The notes: generated by a model not told the origin, from the sequence alone. A DNA stretch of 64,000 bases from Isurus oxyrinchus (GCA_026770705.1 JANJGN010000007.1:109740001-109804000); one strand, 5' to 3'; positions 24,478 to 38,692 are shown, counted from the stretch's first letter. A program made the numbers and translations.

Positions 24478-24521
24478 GTATTAATAGAAATTCCGTGGAA
24501 GCAGCTCACAGAGAACAGCCG
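24478..24521 (+). CDS. Receptor gene 1, exon 5: short cytoplasmic exon (GINRNSVEAAHREQP)
   Basis: tttgttccattttag|GT ... CCG|GTAAGA; phase 1 in, phase 0 out, open. Confidence 0.75.
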
Positions 24522-25839
24522 GTAAGATTCTTATATTCCAAAAAGGTGGCAGGGAGGGAGGAGGTGGTGTGCAGGAGGGGATACCAAAAAATGCTATATT
24601 TAGTAGAGAAGATATTAATTAGATTTCAAATAGTCATAGAAGGTTATAGCACGGAAGGAGGCTATGGTGTGCCTGTGCAGCCTCTTTGAAATAACTACCT
24701 AATTAGATCCAATCCCATAAACTTCACCTATAGCTCTCATAATTTTATTTTCAAACATTTCTCCCAACCCCTATTTGAAAGTTTAATTTGAATTTTCTTC
24801 CGCCACCCTTTCAGTCAGTGCATTCCAGATGACAACAGTAGTCTATGCAAAAATCTTCATCTTCCCCTGATTATTTTGCCAATTAACTTAAACTTGTGTC
24901 CCTGAATATCGATGAAAACAGCTTCGCCTAATTTACTCGAACGAAACCTCTCAGAATTTTGAGATTAAATATGTTCTTAGCTTTCTCTGCTATAAGGGGA
25001 ACAATAGTAGATTCTATAATTTCCCTGACATCACTAAAGTTCCTCATCCCGGGTGCCATTCCAGTAAATCTCTTCGCCAAGGCCTTGAAATCCCCCATAA
25101 AGTGCAAAGACTGGAATGGTACACGATAGCCCAGGTGATGCTTGGCCAGTGATTTCTAAATGTTTAGCACTATTCTCTGTTTCTGCATTCTATTCCTTTA
25201 TTTACAAGGCCAAGATAAATAATTATCTTTACAGCAACATACACTTCTGACCACTCCCCCTTTCATAGTTCAAATTATTTCTAAAATGGGAACTATCCAG
25301 TTGCCCGATTGCTTAATGTAGACATTATTAGCACCAGAAGACAGATCAGGAGGGTCCCAGCTTCTGTCTCCACTCCTGTTGTATTGGTTGATCCAGGCTC
25401 GGCAACTGCTTCAGATAGTTCAATTGGCCTGAAATCTATACCTCTGGGTTTAGCAGTGCCGCTTGGAAGTCGAGCTGGTGATTGGGGACGGGGTTGGGGT
25501 GTGGGGACGGGGTGCTGTGAGGGAGGGTTTCTCAGGGTCCTGGATGCGGTTTGCCACCTCGAGAAGGAACGAGGACAAACTCAAACTTCGTTGTCAGGTT
25601 TTCCAATAGGCCGGACTGGCTGAGGAATATAAAGACGACCATTGCCCCAAGGAGGTGAGGGGGAGCTGGAGTCAATTGGAAAGGAGAAATGTGTATTATT
25701 CATTAGATAGTTATTAGCGGTTCCAATCAGAAGATGGAAACTGAGAGGAAATTTCACTGCAGCCTTTTTAAAACATCGGTTGTCTCAAACAATGAGTGAA
25801 CAATGGATTAACAAGTGATATTAAATTTGACTTTCACAG

Positions 25840-25976
25840 AATAAACAAAGAGGCGGAGATAACTGATTTACGCCGCTCCGCAGCTTGCTGATTCAAAGAA
25901 AACATCAAAATCTAAACAGAAAGACGAACGCGCCACATATGCAGAAGTAAACCTGTCAAAGAAAGAAAGAAGCTGA
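25840..25976 (+). CDS. Receptor gene 1, terminal exon: reads NKQRGGDN* (stop 25864-25866); a shifted frame encodes LIYAAP...ATYAEV to stop at 25974-25976
   Basis: Acceptor tttgactttcacag|; two SIRP-like tyrosine motifs lie in a frame blocked by TAA at 25860-25862. Confidence 0.75.
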
Positions 25977-26734
25977 GAATCTAAATATCATCCGAAGATG
26001 GGAGATATTATGATTGCAGGTCCAGCGTATTCGATTATACGCAGTAAAATATGCATCTATCTATTTATCATAGTCAAACTTAGATGTAAATATCTGGAGC
26101 ATCACGGGTCTCCTGTGTGTGTGCTCGGAAACATGAACTGGCGGAAATGCTCGCCGTCCATTGCAGAACAAGTCCAATATCAGGAGCTTTCCATGCCCAG
26201 GACAAGGTTTACAAAACAGTTCGAAGTTAACAGCAAGTTGAAAATCTACTTCTGTCCTCGGGTTCCCGATTTCAAATGTGCAGGATGCTTTTGTTGCGAT
26301 ATTATCAATCAATGGTCATCGAAATTTTGTAACGTCACCTTCTGATAGTTGTTAAAATGTAGCTTGCATGGTTTGTGATCACAAAATTCCATGAGGAGTC
26401 TCTTGAAGTCGAAGAAAGTGTCAATCTATTCAACTGTTAAAAAATGAACATTCATATATATTGTTTAACAAATAACACTTGCCTTTTAGAGTCCACGGTC
26501 GGCTGGTTACTGCTTGAGTCGACTGTAATCATTTGCTATGAATATTATCTGGATTGTGCTCTTTTCGATCACAGCATAGAGATGAGGGAGGAAAGACACT
26601 GCACTCATAACTCCACAAAATACACCGAACATATTATCGGGCCCCAATTTCAAGTAGCGCATATCCAATAGAGAGACAGACAAGCTAACAAGCGCAGAGG
26701 CACAAATAAGTCCCACTCTTAAGGAGGAAACATC

Positions 26735-26740
26735 AATAAA
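26735..26740 (+). other. Candidate polyadenylation signal of receptor gene 1
   Basis: AATAAA about 760 bp downstream of the terminal coding region; not otherwise validated. Confidence 0.25.
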
Positions 26741-28469
26741 ATACACTAGAGGCTGATCCAGTACGCCACTTTCAACAGAATCTACTGTAATGTATTTAAA
26801 ATCAGTATAGAAAATCAAATATGCAGCCCGCGTTTTTAATCAAACCTTTACTACAGAACGTGGAAGGAGCTGAAAATAACAGAACAGGCAGTATCTACTT
26901 AAACATAGAAGCAATTTATTTCTTGCCACTCCAGGGGAAGCATAACTTCGTTTGAGGAGAATCCTGGAGACCCAACAGGATCAAGGAGACAGCACAGCTA
27001 ACATGGACTCTCTTTGATGTCCATCTGCCTGTGTTCCAGGTTTGTGCAGTTTTGATTGTGCTGTTGCAATACGTGCCAGTTGGCTGAGTCCAACAACGTT
27101 TATACATCAGCTGTAGATACTAAGGGGTACCAAAGCAGAACGGGACACAGTGTGAAAGTACACCCATGTTTCCAGCGTTGTAAATCATTTTATTTCTACG
27201 TTATAACTATATATCTAGAAAGGGACTTAGGGAACAAAAATGGGTCAAGAGGACATTAGACTCAAGACCCGTGCCCAGATTCAAATCCCCTACGAAAATT
27301 ACATGGATCTGGGTAGAAGCCCGCCAACAAATTTGTACTTCTGCTCAGGAACATGTTTGGACGAAAATGATCAATTTTCCTTTATAAACAGGGTATAAAG
27401 TCTGGCAAATATTTACATTAATTGTTCAGCTACTAGAGTACTAATACCAATAGAACATGGGGCTCTGATGTGGAGTTTAAGCACAAGGCTATCGATCATT
27501 TTGGGACCAATGCATAGTAGATGGGGGAAAACAACTGAAATTCCAGATTGCGACAACCATCAATTCCCTGCTACAAAGTTAGCAGACTAGTTTGGTGGGT
27601 GAGTGGAAGTTGGGGGTTGGGGCGGGGTGGCAACAGGAAAAAGAGGGTGTAAGCAGCCGTTTATGAATAATCTTGAGTTGTCGAAGTTCCGAGAGACCAC
27701 TGATGTGCCCCTGCACTCCACTAGGCTCATATTTAAGCCATGTGCTTTGCACAACTTCTGCAATACAAGTTCCTTTTTTCATCACTCCCACCAGTGACAG
27801 GCCCATTCTAACACTTCACTGTCTTTATACTGCTCTCTCCAGACACCAACTAGCTTTAGAACGCCAAACACTTTACAACATAATTGCATGCACCATTTTC
27901 AATGTAAGTTGGCCCAGTTATGAATAATGCATGCCTACTACAATTCTGGCGACATGGCTTCCAAACAGTCGCCAGCATCTGCCAGAAGTAATGATCTAAC
28001 ACATCCTAATGGCAAAATGAAGTTAGACACTACGATGATGTACAACATCAAAAGGGTCAGGTGTCTAAATCTCTAAGTAAATACGGTGGAGCAAGACCTT
28101 AAAAAGCATTTTTGGGAATGGGAAAGGCCACATTTGTCAGCAAGAAGCTCACAAAGCACATTCGCCTTGAATTGCTGCAGTCCATGATGATTCAAACAGT
28201 CTAATGCTTTACTCGTCACATGTCTCTTGCTAAGAATGAATTTACTTAATGTTCAATCCATTTGAGCTTGTGTGAAATAAATTGCTGCTGAACCGTGGGC
28301 CCTCCACCAACTACAGACACCAACAAACGGAGATCCACAACTGGTTCATTATCTTTCATGATCAAGGTATTCAAATCCAGACTAATGCTCCTCGCTTTAG
28401 TCCAGTTGTGTGGAAAATTGCCTGAGAATGAATTAACAAAGGGCAGGATAAATCTAACTCAGCTAATAA

Positions 28470-29755
28470 CCACCCCGTCAAATTATTCACAATCTTCCAC
28501 AAAATGATGGAAATGGTCATTGACAGTGCTACCAGTTGGCACTGACATAGTAATAACCTGCTCATTGATGCTCAGTTTGGGTTCTGCCGGGGCTTCTCAG
28601 CTCCAAACCTCATTACAGTTTCAGTTCAAACAGAGACGAAAGAGATGAACTCAAGAGGCAAGATGAGAATTGCACTGACACCAAGGCAGCTTCCCCGATT
28701 GTAGCATCAAGGAGCCCTAGCAAAATGGAAGTCAATGGGAATCATGGGGAGAACTCTCCGCTGGTTGGAGTCACACCTAGCACAAAGGTATCATATCAGT
28801 CCCAGAGCACCGCTGTTGGAGTTCCTCAGGGCAGTGTCCCAGAACCAAACATATTCAGCTGCTTCGGCAATAACAGTTATTCCATCATAACTCAGAAGTG
28901 ATGAGATTTGCTGATGATTGGACAATGTTCAGTGCCACTCACAGCTTCATAAATATTGTAGCAGCCTGTATCCATATGCCGGAAGACCTGGAAAATATTC
29001 AGGCTTGCACTGATAAGTGGCAAGTAACATTTACAGCACACAAGTGCCAGGCAATGAGCATCTCCATCAAGAGAGAATATACCCATCTCCCCTTGGCGTT
29101 TAACAGCATAACCATCGCTGAATCCCCGACCATCAACATCCTCGGGGCTATCATTGACCAGAAACTTCATTGGACTAGTCACATAAATACTGTGGCTACA
29201 AAAGCAGGACGGCTACTAGGAATTCTGTGGTGAGTAGCTCAACTCCTGGCTCCCCAAAGCTATCCCACCATCTGCTAGGATTGTGACGGAATATTCTGAA
29301 TTAGCCTGGATGAATGCTGCTCCAGCAGCACTAAAGAAGCCCAACACAATCTTGGACCAAGCAGCCCGCTTCAACAATGCCCCGTCCACCACCTTAAACT
29401 TATTCCCTCCACCACCAAGGTACAGTGTAATATACATTGTAGCAACTGACCAAGACACCTTCAACACCTTCCAAACCTGTGATCTCGACCACTAGAAGGG
29501 TAAGGGCAGCAAACACATGGAACACTACCAGCTGCATGTTTCCGTCCGACGCACAGCAACCTGGCTTGTAAATATATCACAATTCCTTCACTGTTGCTGG
29601 ATTAAAATCCGGGATCTTCCTAACAGAACCGTGGGCGCTCCTGCACAACATGGACTGAAGCGGTTCAAGAAGGTGTCTCACCACCAGCTTCTCAAGGCCA
29701 AGTAGGAATGGGCAACCAATGTTGGCCTTGCCAGCGCACTCAGCCCATGAAACCA
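28470..29755 (+). mobile_element. LINE (CR1/L2 group) RT and 3' fragment
   Basis: GVPQGSV, FADDWT, ILGAIIDQKLHWTSHINTVATKAGRLLGIL. Confidence 0.9.
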
Positions 29756-30824
29756 TAAAAAACACTTTTTTATCATTGTATGTTTAACAACTCCCACCCA
29801 TGATTTTTTTGTATGCATATCAACACAAGTTAATAAATGTCTGCCTACAGCCTTATGGCTGCCCACAACCTGACATATACCATAGCACTCGCTAATACTG
29901 AATATTCAATGCCCTGCAAATATAAATCACATCCACGTAATTAACGTTAAAATTACTTCCACACAATTTAAATTAAACTCAGCACACTGCACCAAAATGG
30001 GTAGGCCCATAAATCACTACCATGTAAGTAGCAGTCAGATAATTTGCACAACTCGACTGTCAGTCGGGCTCACAATGTGGTGCATTTGTGTGTACTGGAA
30101 GTGACATATAATAATACGCAGGGCCCTATTCCTTCCAGACAGAAAGAACATATAGACACTTTGCGCCTGTTTCAGCTGAACAAAATAAGTGACAGCCATT
30201 CACTGACTCACTCCTCAGGGAAATGACTTGATCAATCAGGGTCAAGTGACCTGGTTTAATTTTCAAACAATGTTTGGCAGTTAACTGTCAGTCACCATCA
30301 GCGGGTGCATTCCCCATGGCCACACCACTTTCCAACCAATCAGCACTCTCTTCACATACAGTATAAATTGTTGTCACCCTTTTACATTGGTATGCTTGTG
30401 AGTGTCCAAGTGAGAGCAAGACAAGAAGTTTAGACATCACTTTTTCTGCAATACTCAAGTTGTACTATCAAATGACTACATGCAGTCTCGTTCTTTCAGG
30501 CATTGAATTAAAGACTTAACGTTAGCTTTTAAATTATTTTTCATTTCTAATCTTTCTTTCCCTTTCCGATTTGACATTCAATTTGTCCATTCTAATTCTA
30601 CATCTTTTTCAGTCCTTCATCTATTTCTAAATCCTTACATCTCATTGGTCATACACTTTTCCCTCAGCCTCAGAAATCCTGTTGCCCTCGTTCAGTTAAC
30701 AGTTTGCAACTTCAGCAATTTACAAGGGAAATATTTTCACCTGAAGCATGCAGGAAAACATCTAATCAGAAAGCACGTCAGAAGAAGCCTTGTTTCTGCA
30801 AATTTCCACCCATGGTGAAGGAAA

Positions 30825-33800
30825 ACTAGAATATAACAGGAGCAGTAGGACATCTGGTCCCTCGACCCTGCTCCACCTTTCAATAAACAATGACTGATCT
30901 GTTTTTGGCCTCAATTCCGCTATCCTGCCTGCTCCTTCCCCACACCCCCATAAACTTTGACTCCTTGGGAGATGAAAAATTTGACCAACTCAGCCTTCAA
31001 TATATTCAATGACCCATCCTCCACTACTCTCTGAGGAGACAATTCCAAAGACTAATGACCATCTGAGAATAGAAATATTTATTCATCTCTGTCTTAAATG
31101 GCAGACTCCGTATTTGCAAACAGTGCACTTCGTTCTAAATTTCCCCACATCCCCTCAGTGTTTACCTTCTCAGACACCCTCGGAAACATAGATGTTTCAA
31201 TAAAATCTCATTCTTCTAATCTTCAATGAATATAGCTCAGCTGGCTCAAACTTTCATCCTAATTAAAACCCTTCATCCCGAGAATCAATCTGGTGAACCT
31301 TCTCCAAACTGACAGCAGTGCAAGTATGTCCCTCTTTAAATAAGGAGGCCAAAACTGTAAGCTACACTCCAGTGTTCTTTCACTAATGCCCTTGCAGCTG
31401 TAGCAAGGCATCCATATGTTTTAATAAACCCTCTTGCAATAAAGGTCAACATTCATAAGTACTTCTTGTACCTGCATGTTGACATTTTGTGATTCATGTT
31501 CGAAGACAACCCTGATTCCTCTCTACCACCGTGTTCCGTAATCTCTGCCCATTTAAATAATATCCTGCTTTTCTATTCCTTCTATCAAAGTGGATAGCCT
31601 GACACTTTCCCGCTTTGTATTTCATTTTCCAAATTTTCATCCACTGATCTAACCTATCTACATTCCCTTTCAGACTTTGTTTGTGCCCTCTTCAAAATAG
31701 ATTTCCTATCCATATTTATACCATCAGAAAATCTGGCTACAATATACCCTGTGCTTTTGTCCAAATCATTAACATAGATTGTGAGCATTTGGAGACCTAG
31801 CACTGATCTTTGTGGCACATGATTAGTTAGTTTTCCAGCTTGGAAATGACCAATTTATTCAGACTGTCTGCCTCCTGTTCGTTTCCCAATCGTCTATCCA
31901 CGTTAATGTACTAACCTCAACACTATGAGCTCTTATCCTTTGCCGTAACTTCTGATATGCGAACTTATCGAATGCCTTTTGGATATCTAAATAGATTCGA
32001 TCAGTTGCTTCCCCTTTATCTACTTCTAACGTCTTCAAAGACCTCTATCACATATATGAAACATGATCTCCCTTTCATAAAACCATGTTGCATCTGTTCG
32101 ATTAAATTATGGGTTTCGGAATGCTCTGCCAGTACTTCCTTAAGAATGGATTTCAGCATTATTCCAATGACAGATGCTAGGCTAATTACCGTATAGTTTC
32201 CTGCTTCATGCCTCCATCTTTTCTTGAATAGGGGCATAAGGATTGCAGTTTCCAATCAAGTGAGACTTCTGTAGAATTTAAGGAATTTTAGAAGGTTATA
32301 AGCAATGTTTCAACTGTTGCCACAGCTACTCCCTTTAATACCCAAACGGTGCCTAACAATCAAGTCCAGGATCTTTGCTATCCTATTAATTCACCTAGTA
32401 CGTTTTCTCCAGTGATATTGATTGTGTTAATTTGCTCCTTCCCGTTTGTGCCGCAATGTTCTCATTATTGGGATTCATTTAGTGTCATCTATTGTGTGCA
32501 GCAAGACTGGCACAACATTCAGGCTTGGGCTAAAGCGTGGCAGCTAACATGCATGCCACAAAAGTGCAAGAAAATGACCATCTCCAACAAGAGATAATCC
32601 AATAATCTCCCCTTGACATTCAATGATATTACCATGCTAAACGACCCACTTTCAACATTGGCAGGGTTTCTATTGACGAGGAACTGAACTGGACCAGCCA
32701 TATCAATAAAGTAACAAGAGGAACAGTCAGAGACAGGGAATTCAGTGGTGAGTAACTCACCTCCTGATTCCCCAAAGCCTGTCCAGAATCTACAAGGCAC
32801 AAGTCCAGAGTGTGATGGAATACTCTCCACTTGCCTGGCTCAGTGCAGCTCTATCAACAGTTAAAAAGCTCGACACCATCCAGGACAAAGCAGTCCGTTT
32901 GACTGGCACCCCATCCACCACCTCGAACATCCATTCCTTCCACCACCGATGCATGGTGGCAGTAATGTGTACCATCGACAGCATGCAGTGCAACAGCTCA
33001 CCAAAACTCGTTCGACAGCACCATCCAAACCCGTGAATTCTACCACCTTGACGGACAAGGGCAGCAGATGCATGGGAACACCAGCACCCGGAAGTTCACC
33101 TCCAAGCCACTCACTGTCCTGACTTGGAAATATATCACCGTTCCTTCATGCTACTGAGTCAAAATCCTGTAACTCCCTCCCAATCAGCACTATGGGTATA
33201 CCTACATCATATGGACTGTTGTGGTTCAAGACAGCAGTTCAGCACCACATTCACAAGGGCAATTAGGGATGGGCTGCAGAAATGTTGGCCTAGTCAGCCC
33301 ACATCCCATGAAAGAATATACAAAGAAAACAAGCTCAAGGTACTTGATCAATGTCTCTGCCATTTCCTTGTTACCAATTATTGGTTCTGCTGTCTTATTC
33401 TCAAAGGGACCAAAGTTTACTTTAGCTATTCTCTTCCTTTTTATATAAAATCTCTTACTGTCTCTTTTTATATTGCTTGCGAGTTTACTACCATATTTTA
33501 ATTTCTCCCTCTTTTTTAATCATCTTTGCTGTTTTCTACAGTTTACACAAGCTACTAGCCTACCAGTAATCCTCACGGAATTTTATGCCTTTTCGTTCAA
33601 TTTAATACCATCCTTAACTTCCTTTATTAGACACAGTTGGTTCATGCTTCTCTGAGAGTCGTTATTCCCAAAGTTAAGAAATATCTCCTCAAATGTCTGC
33701 CAATGCTTACCTACCATCTTAACTTTTAACCGATTTTCCTAGTCCACTTTAGCTCACTCATCTTCATACTTTCTTCCTTGTGTTCATTGCAGTTTAAGAC

Positions 33801-34490
33801 AGCAGTTTCAGACCCAAACTTCACACTCACAAACTGAATTTGGAATTCTACATGTAGGGTCACTCTTCCCTAGAAATCCTTTACTATGAGGTATTTAACA
33901 CATTCTGCCTCATTGCACTTTATCAGGCCTAAAATAAATTGTTCCCTGGGTTGGTTCCACAATGTATTGCTCCTTGAAGCTGTCCAAAATACACTCAATG
34001 TACTCACCTGAAAGCTACCATTGCCAATTTGATTTGTCCAAATCATAAGATGATTAAAATCACCCATGATCATTGCAGTATCTTTCTTACAAGCTCCACT
34101 ATTTTTCTGATGTTTACTCTGTCCTGCAGTGTAATTAATTTTAGGAGGCCTATGAATTGTTTCCACTAGTGACACCTTCCTCTTTGCTGTTTCCTATCTC
34201 CACCCAAACTGATTCTACATCTTGACCATCCTAGCCAAGAGCATTTCTCACAAACGTGCTGATCGTATTCTTATTAATACAGCTACCCAACTCCTTTTCC
34301 TTTCTTCCTATCCTGTCAAAGTGTAAAATACCCTTGAATATCCAGTTCCTGGCCTTGATCACCTTGCAGCCACTTTTCTCTAATGGCTATTATATAATAT
34401 CCTTACCTTTATATTTGTGCCATCGATTCATCTATCTTGTCATGAATCCTGCATGCATTCACATGAAGAACACGGAGATCCATGTCACAG
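30825..34490 (-). mobile_element. Degenerate CR1 LINE (endonuclease to 3' end) interrupted by another LINE
   Basis: MIMGDFN (APE domain) at 33.9-34.2 kb; GNYTVISLASVIG and QHGFMKGRSC at 32.0-32.2 kb. Confidence 0.85.
32493..33320 (+). mobile_element. LINE 3' fragment nested in CR1
   Basis: QDWHNIQAWAKAWQ, MEYSPLAW, KLDTIQDKAVRL. Confidence 0.88.
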
Positions 34491-34899
34491 AGTGTTTACA
34501 GCACAGAAAGAAGTCATTTGGCCCTTTGTCTCCATGCCAGCTCTCTGCAAGAACAGCTCTCCTAGTCCCAGTCCCTTGTCTTTTTCCCATAGCCCTACAT
34601 ATTTTTTCTCTTCAGATAATTGTCCAGTTCTTCTTTCAAAGCAACGATTGAATCAGATTTCGTCCTTTTATCATTTTCCTCCTCTATTCCTATATGCTGG
34701 TGCACTCTTATGTTTGTACTCTCTGACCCTTCATTTCACACTCTGGTTATCATTACCCATATCGTCGCATTACACTATTGCGTTGGCCTTTCAATTTAAT
34801 TCGCTTCATTTTCCCTCACCTGACGTATCCTTCTTCACTATTTAGTTTAATTCCTTATTCCAACAGAAAATGCCTGGTTGATCTAAGGGGATATCCAAA

Positions 34900-35500
34900 A
34901 TCAGAATATCTCTCTTCATTTTTACATAATTTCAAGTAACAGGATCTCAAGGCAGAAATGGAAGGTAGTCCCTTTACAGCATCTGATGAAGGGAACTTTG
35001 ATGGCTGCATCAAAACCTTTAAAGAATGTTAATGCTTACACCAAGTTCTTGTGTGATCCATTAATGAAAACGACCAGATGGTGGAAAATGCCAGGAGGAA
35101 CTGTTCAAGACATCAGCACAGCGCACAGACTTAATTGCTCACTTGCTTGTTGGCTTAACCATTTAAATCATAGCCAGTTCACAGGATACATAAGCTTGCA
35201 GGCAACAATTGGATAGATTCTACTGACTTAGGTAAGAGCCTGGAAGCCAGACTTTTCATTCCAAGTCTTCCATTGTATCCGTAAAGACTGTAACTGTGCA
35301 CTGAGAAAAGAAGTCTTAGCTGATTCACCTAAAGCAATTGTTAGATTACAAACTGCTGCACAAACAGCTTTTAAAGAAGTGCATTTTCACCTTTGGTCAT
35401 AAATAATGTTTCAGCTACGTCGCCCATTTAGTAAACCTCCTACAAACAATATTACCCTTTAAGAACATCTACCCTTCGATTTTAGTGTTTTTCATTCCAA
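34900..35500 (-). mobile_element. Possible hAT/ZMYM1-like transposase relic
   Basis: The - strand reads EQLSLC (about 35125-35140) then GFDAA (about 35003-35017), echoing the hAT EQLSxxxRY and GxDGA motifs; highly degenerate. Confidence 0.3.
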
Positions 35501-35614
35501 TGAAGACCCACCCACACGGGACAACCACTCAGGAAGGACTTTTAAATTACAGCATGATGTGGACACTAGAAATCTGTAAGTGAAACAGGAAATGCTCTGC
35601 AGGTTGTGCAGCAT

Positions 35615-36570
35615 TTTTTATTTGTTCACGGGAAATGGCAAGGCCAGCATTAATTATTCATCCCTAATTGCCCTTGAGAAGATGAGCTGATTCTTGAACC
35701 ACTGCAGTCCATTTGGTGCAAGCATGCTGGTGAGGTGGGGGGGCGGTTTACAGGGGATGTGGTGTGGTGGTGGTGATTGTCAGGGGTGGTGGTGGGGGTG
35801 CGTTCCAGGATATTGACCCGGGGCGGTGAAGGGATGGTGCTGTACCAGCTCAGGGTGCTGTGCAACTGAGAAAGGAATGTGCAGGTCTGATATTCCCAAG
35901 CATTTACTGCCCTTGTCTTCTAGGTGGTCGAGATGTCAGATTGGAAATGGGTGATGCTATCTAAGGTGCCTTGGTCAGTTGCCGCAGTGCATTGTGCAGA
36001 TGCTGTTGCCGTTGTGGGCCAGCGGAGGAGGAAGTGCATGTTTAAGGTGATGGAAGGGGTGCCGATCAAGCAGACTGCTTTGTCCTGGATAGTGTCCAGC
36101 TTCTTGAACGTGTTGAAGTCACTCTTATCCAGGAAAGTGAAGGATATGAATATTCCGTCACACGCTTGATATGTACCATGTAGATAATGGGCAGGATTTG
36201 GAGTGTTAGGTGGTGTGTTACTTGACACATAATTCCCAGCCTCTGGCCTGCCCTTGAAGCCAAGGCATTTATAAGGCTGGCCCAATTAAGCTTATGGTCA
36301 ATAGCAACACCAGGATTTTTAGGGGGTGGTGGTGTAGACTGGTGGAGGCTTTCAGTGCCAAAAATGCCTTGAACGTCAAGAATGATGGGCTGATTGTCTC
36401 TTGTTGGAAATGCCATTACCTGGCATGAATTGTGGTGTGACTGTCACTTGCCTCTTATCAACCACAGCTTAAAGGTTTTCCAAATCTTACTGCATATGGA
36501 CACGGATTGCTTCAGTATCTGAGGAGTTGTGAATGGTGCAGAACAAGGTGCAATTAGCAGCAAAGCTCCC
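35615..36570 (-). mobile_element. LINE 3' fragment
   Basis: GVAIDHKLNWASLINALASRAGQRLGI, KKLDTIQDKAVCLIG. Confidence 0.88.
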
Positions 36571-36693
36571 CACTTTACACGTGATGTCACCAACTTCTGA
36601 CATATTTCTCGACTGAGCTTTTGTAAACCCACACAATCTGAACTATCGACTGTCATTTGCTGACTTGTATTCATTCAACATGCATAGTCTGAA

Positions 36694-38692
36694 ATGTTTC
36701 TATGTATACCGACCCTGGCGATTGCACACACCAGTACAGATGTTTACTTTAGTATTTACATTCTCTTTCTCTTGGTTGTTGGGGATTCCACAGTCGGACA
36801 AATACCCTCCACACAAAGTTCCGCTCAAACATCACCTGATAGGACATTTTCCCGCTCTTTCTAGAGGATTCAGATGTAGAGGTTCACTGATGGCGACACG
36901 ATAACCAGGAAGACGGAGAAGTGAAAAGAGACAATATAATATTCCCCAAAAAATGGCGGGAGACGCCCCCTATCTATTGAATGTGAGGTTCAGAGAATCT
37001 ATCCGCTATTACTGCCTGGCCTACTGTCGAGAAGGATAGCTGGGAATAGAACCGGCTCGGAGATCCTTGCGCCTGTTGAGTCGCAGGTTCTGGATGTTGC
37101 AGGAGTCAATCGTGCAACAGGTACTTGGTAAAATACCCTGGAGATAGTGAAGAGAGCGAGAATGGGACACCTGCCTAGGTTTTTGTATTTATAGTGCCAG
37201 TATCAAATCAACCTAGGGATAAGATTATCGATTGACGGAGCAATTATTTTGCAAACGTTTTTCTTTAATGTAGCCAGTTATTTTGCTTTTTCTTTAAGTT
37301 TACAGTTTCGTTACTGTGGATACATAATCCACGATGTTCAGATGCTAAATGAACAAAAAAGTCAATGAGACAAACTGGATTACTTTTTCAGAACCACCCA
37401 GCACACTAAGGAAATCGCTTCCTGCACTGTAACATGACCCAATGACCAGAAAAGCTATGATTCGGTAATCAAATGACTCAGATTTAAGAAAAAATGGCAA
37501 AAGAACGACAGGGCAGAGGAATAGAAAGTATTTTACAAAGTAAGTTGCTAGCATCTGGAGTTCCCTAGCTAGACGCAGCGCTAGTAATTTTCAGGAGGGA
37601 ATTGGATAGATGCTTTAAAAGAAAAAAAAAACAGGACTTTTGAGAAAAAGCAGAGGAGAGGAACGAATTGTATAGCTATTTCAAAGAGCCAATCCGGGCA
37701 CGACAGGCTGAATGGCCTCCCCCAATGCCCTGTAACTCAGTAATTCTAACATATATAACACCTTTCTTTCTCTATTCAAGAATCCATGTAATATCAAGTT
37801 CATGTTAAATACTATTTGAAAACGAAAAAAATAAAGACGCACCAATGAAACTCGACGTTAAATTACCTATCCTGAACGTGTCTCTAAATTACAGGCTACA
37901 GAAATAAAATAATAATGATCACTTTATACTCCAAAAAATATTTCAATAGCAAAATCATTTTTTTCTCCCAATTTTGCCCATTAATCACAGAATCTAATTG
38001 ATTGAGTCTAAATTCTGTCTATCAACTTCACCGGCTCTCCTGTGCAAAACAGCTCAGTTTTACCTTGAAGATCTCAATGTGACTCGTTATTAAGAACAGG
38101 GCGAAAGTTGGAACCGGGACCAATAGTACTAAGCAGCGAATAACACTGCAAATGTATGGACCTTCCAGCACTTTAAAATACACCGTATCAACCAGCAGTG
38201 AAGCTATATACAGCTGCCAAGTGCTTCATCTTTCTCTTCAGACTCCAGCATTGTCGAATAGAAATGTGAAGGTGCGGTCTTGTTTTCAGGAACCCTTGCT
38301 CGTTTGTCGTTTTTCTTAATGCAAGGATGATTGTGAATACGTGTTAGCATTTGACGCTGTTGCATTCTCACGTTGCATTGAGGATTCATTGGCCCGATTG
38401 TAAATTGCTTCACGAGTTGGCATTTTTTGAATATCTTTAAAACATACTTGCACTTGTACTCACTGTTCATTAAACGATTCGTTCTGAACTCCTTTATCGG
38501 TGCGTTTTTTTGTTGGTGCTGGTTTTATTGAAATTAACGCCAGTCGGCCTGACATCTCTACCATTCTTTGTTTGCAGGCGCTGCTAACGTCGTTGCCCTC
38601 TATTTGACGTCCGGCCATTAGTGTGTATATTGGTAATTATGACGCTAATTGGCTTCGTTAAGAATTATTTGAAGCTTGAGATACTTCCAAAG
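36694..38692 (+). pseudogene. VJ-C1 receptor paralogue 2 (pseudogene): leader 36694-36733, V 36776-37075, C1 about 37972-38271, TM 38578-38692
   Basis: MFLCIPTLAIAHT; FPLFLEDSDVEVH*WR, NVRFRESIRYYC, GNRTGSEIL; LLCKTAQFYLEDL, YSCQVLHLSLQTPA; RPLVCILVIMTLIGFV. Stops, frameshifts and dead splice sites. Confidence 0.85.
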
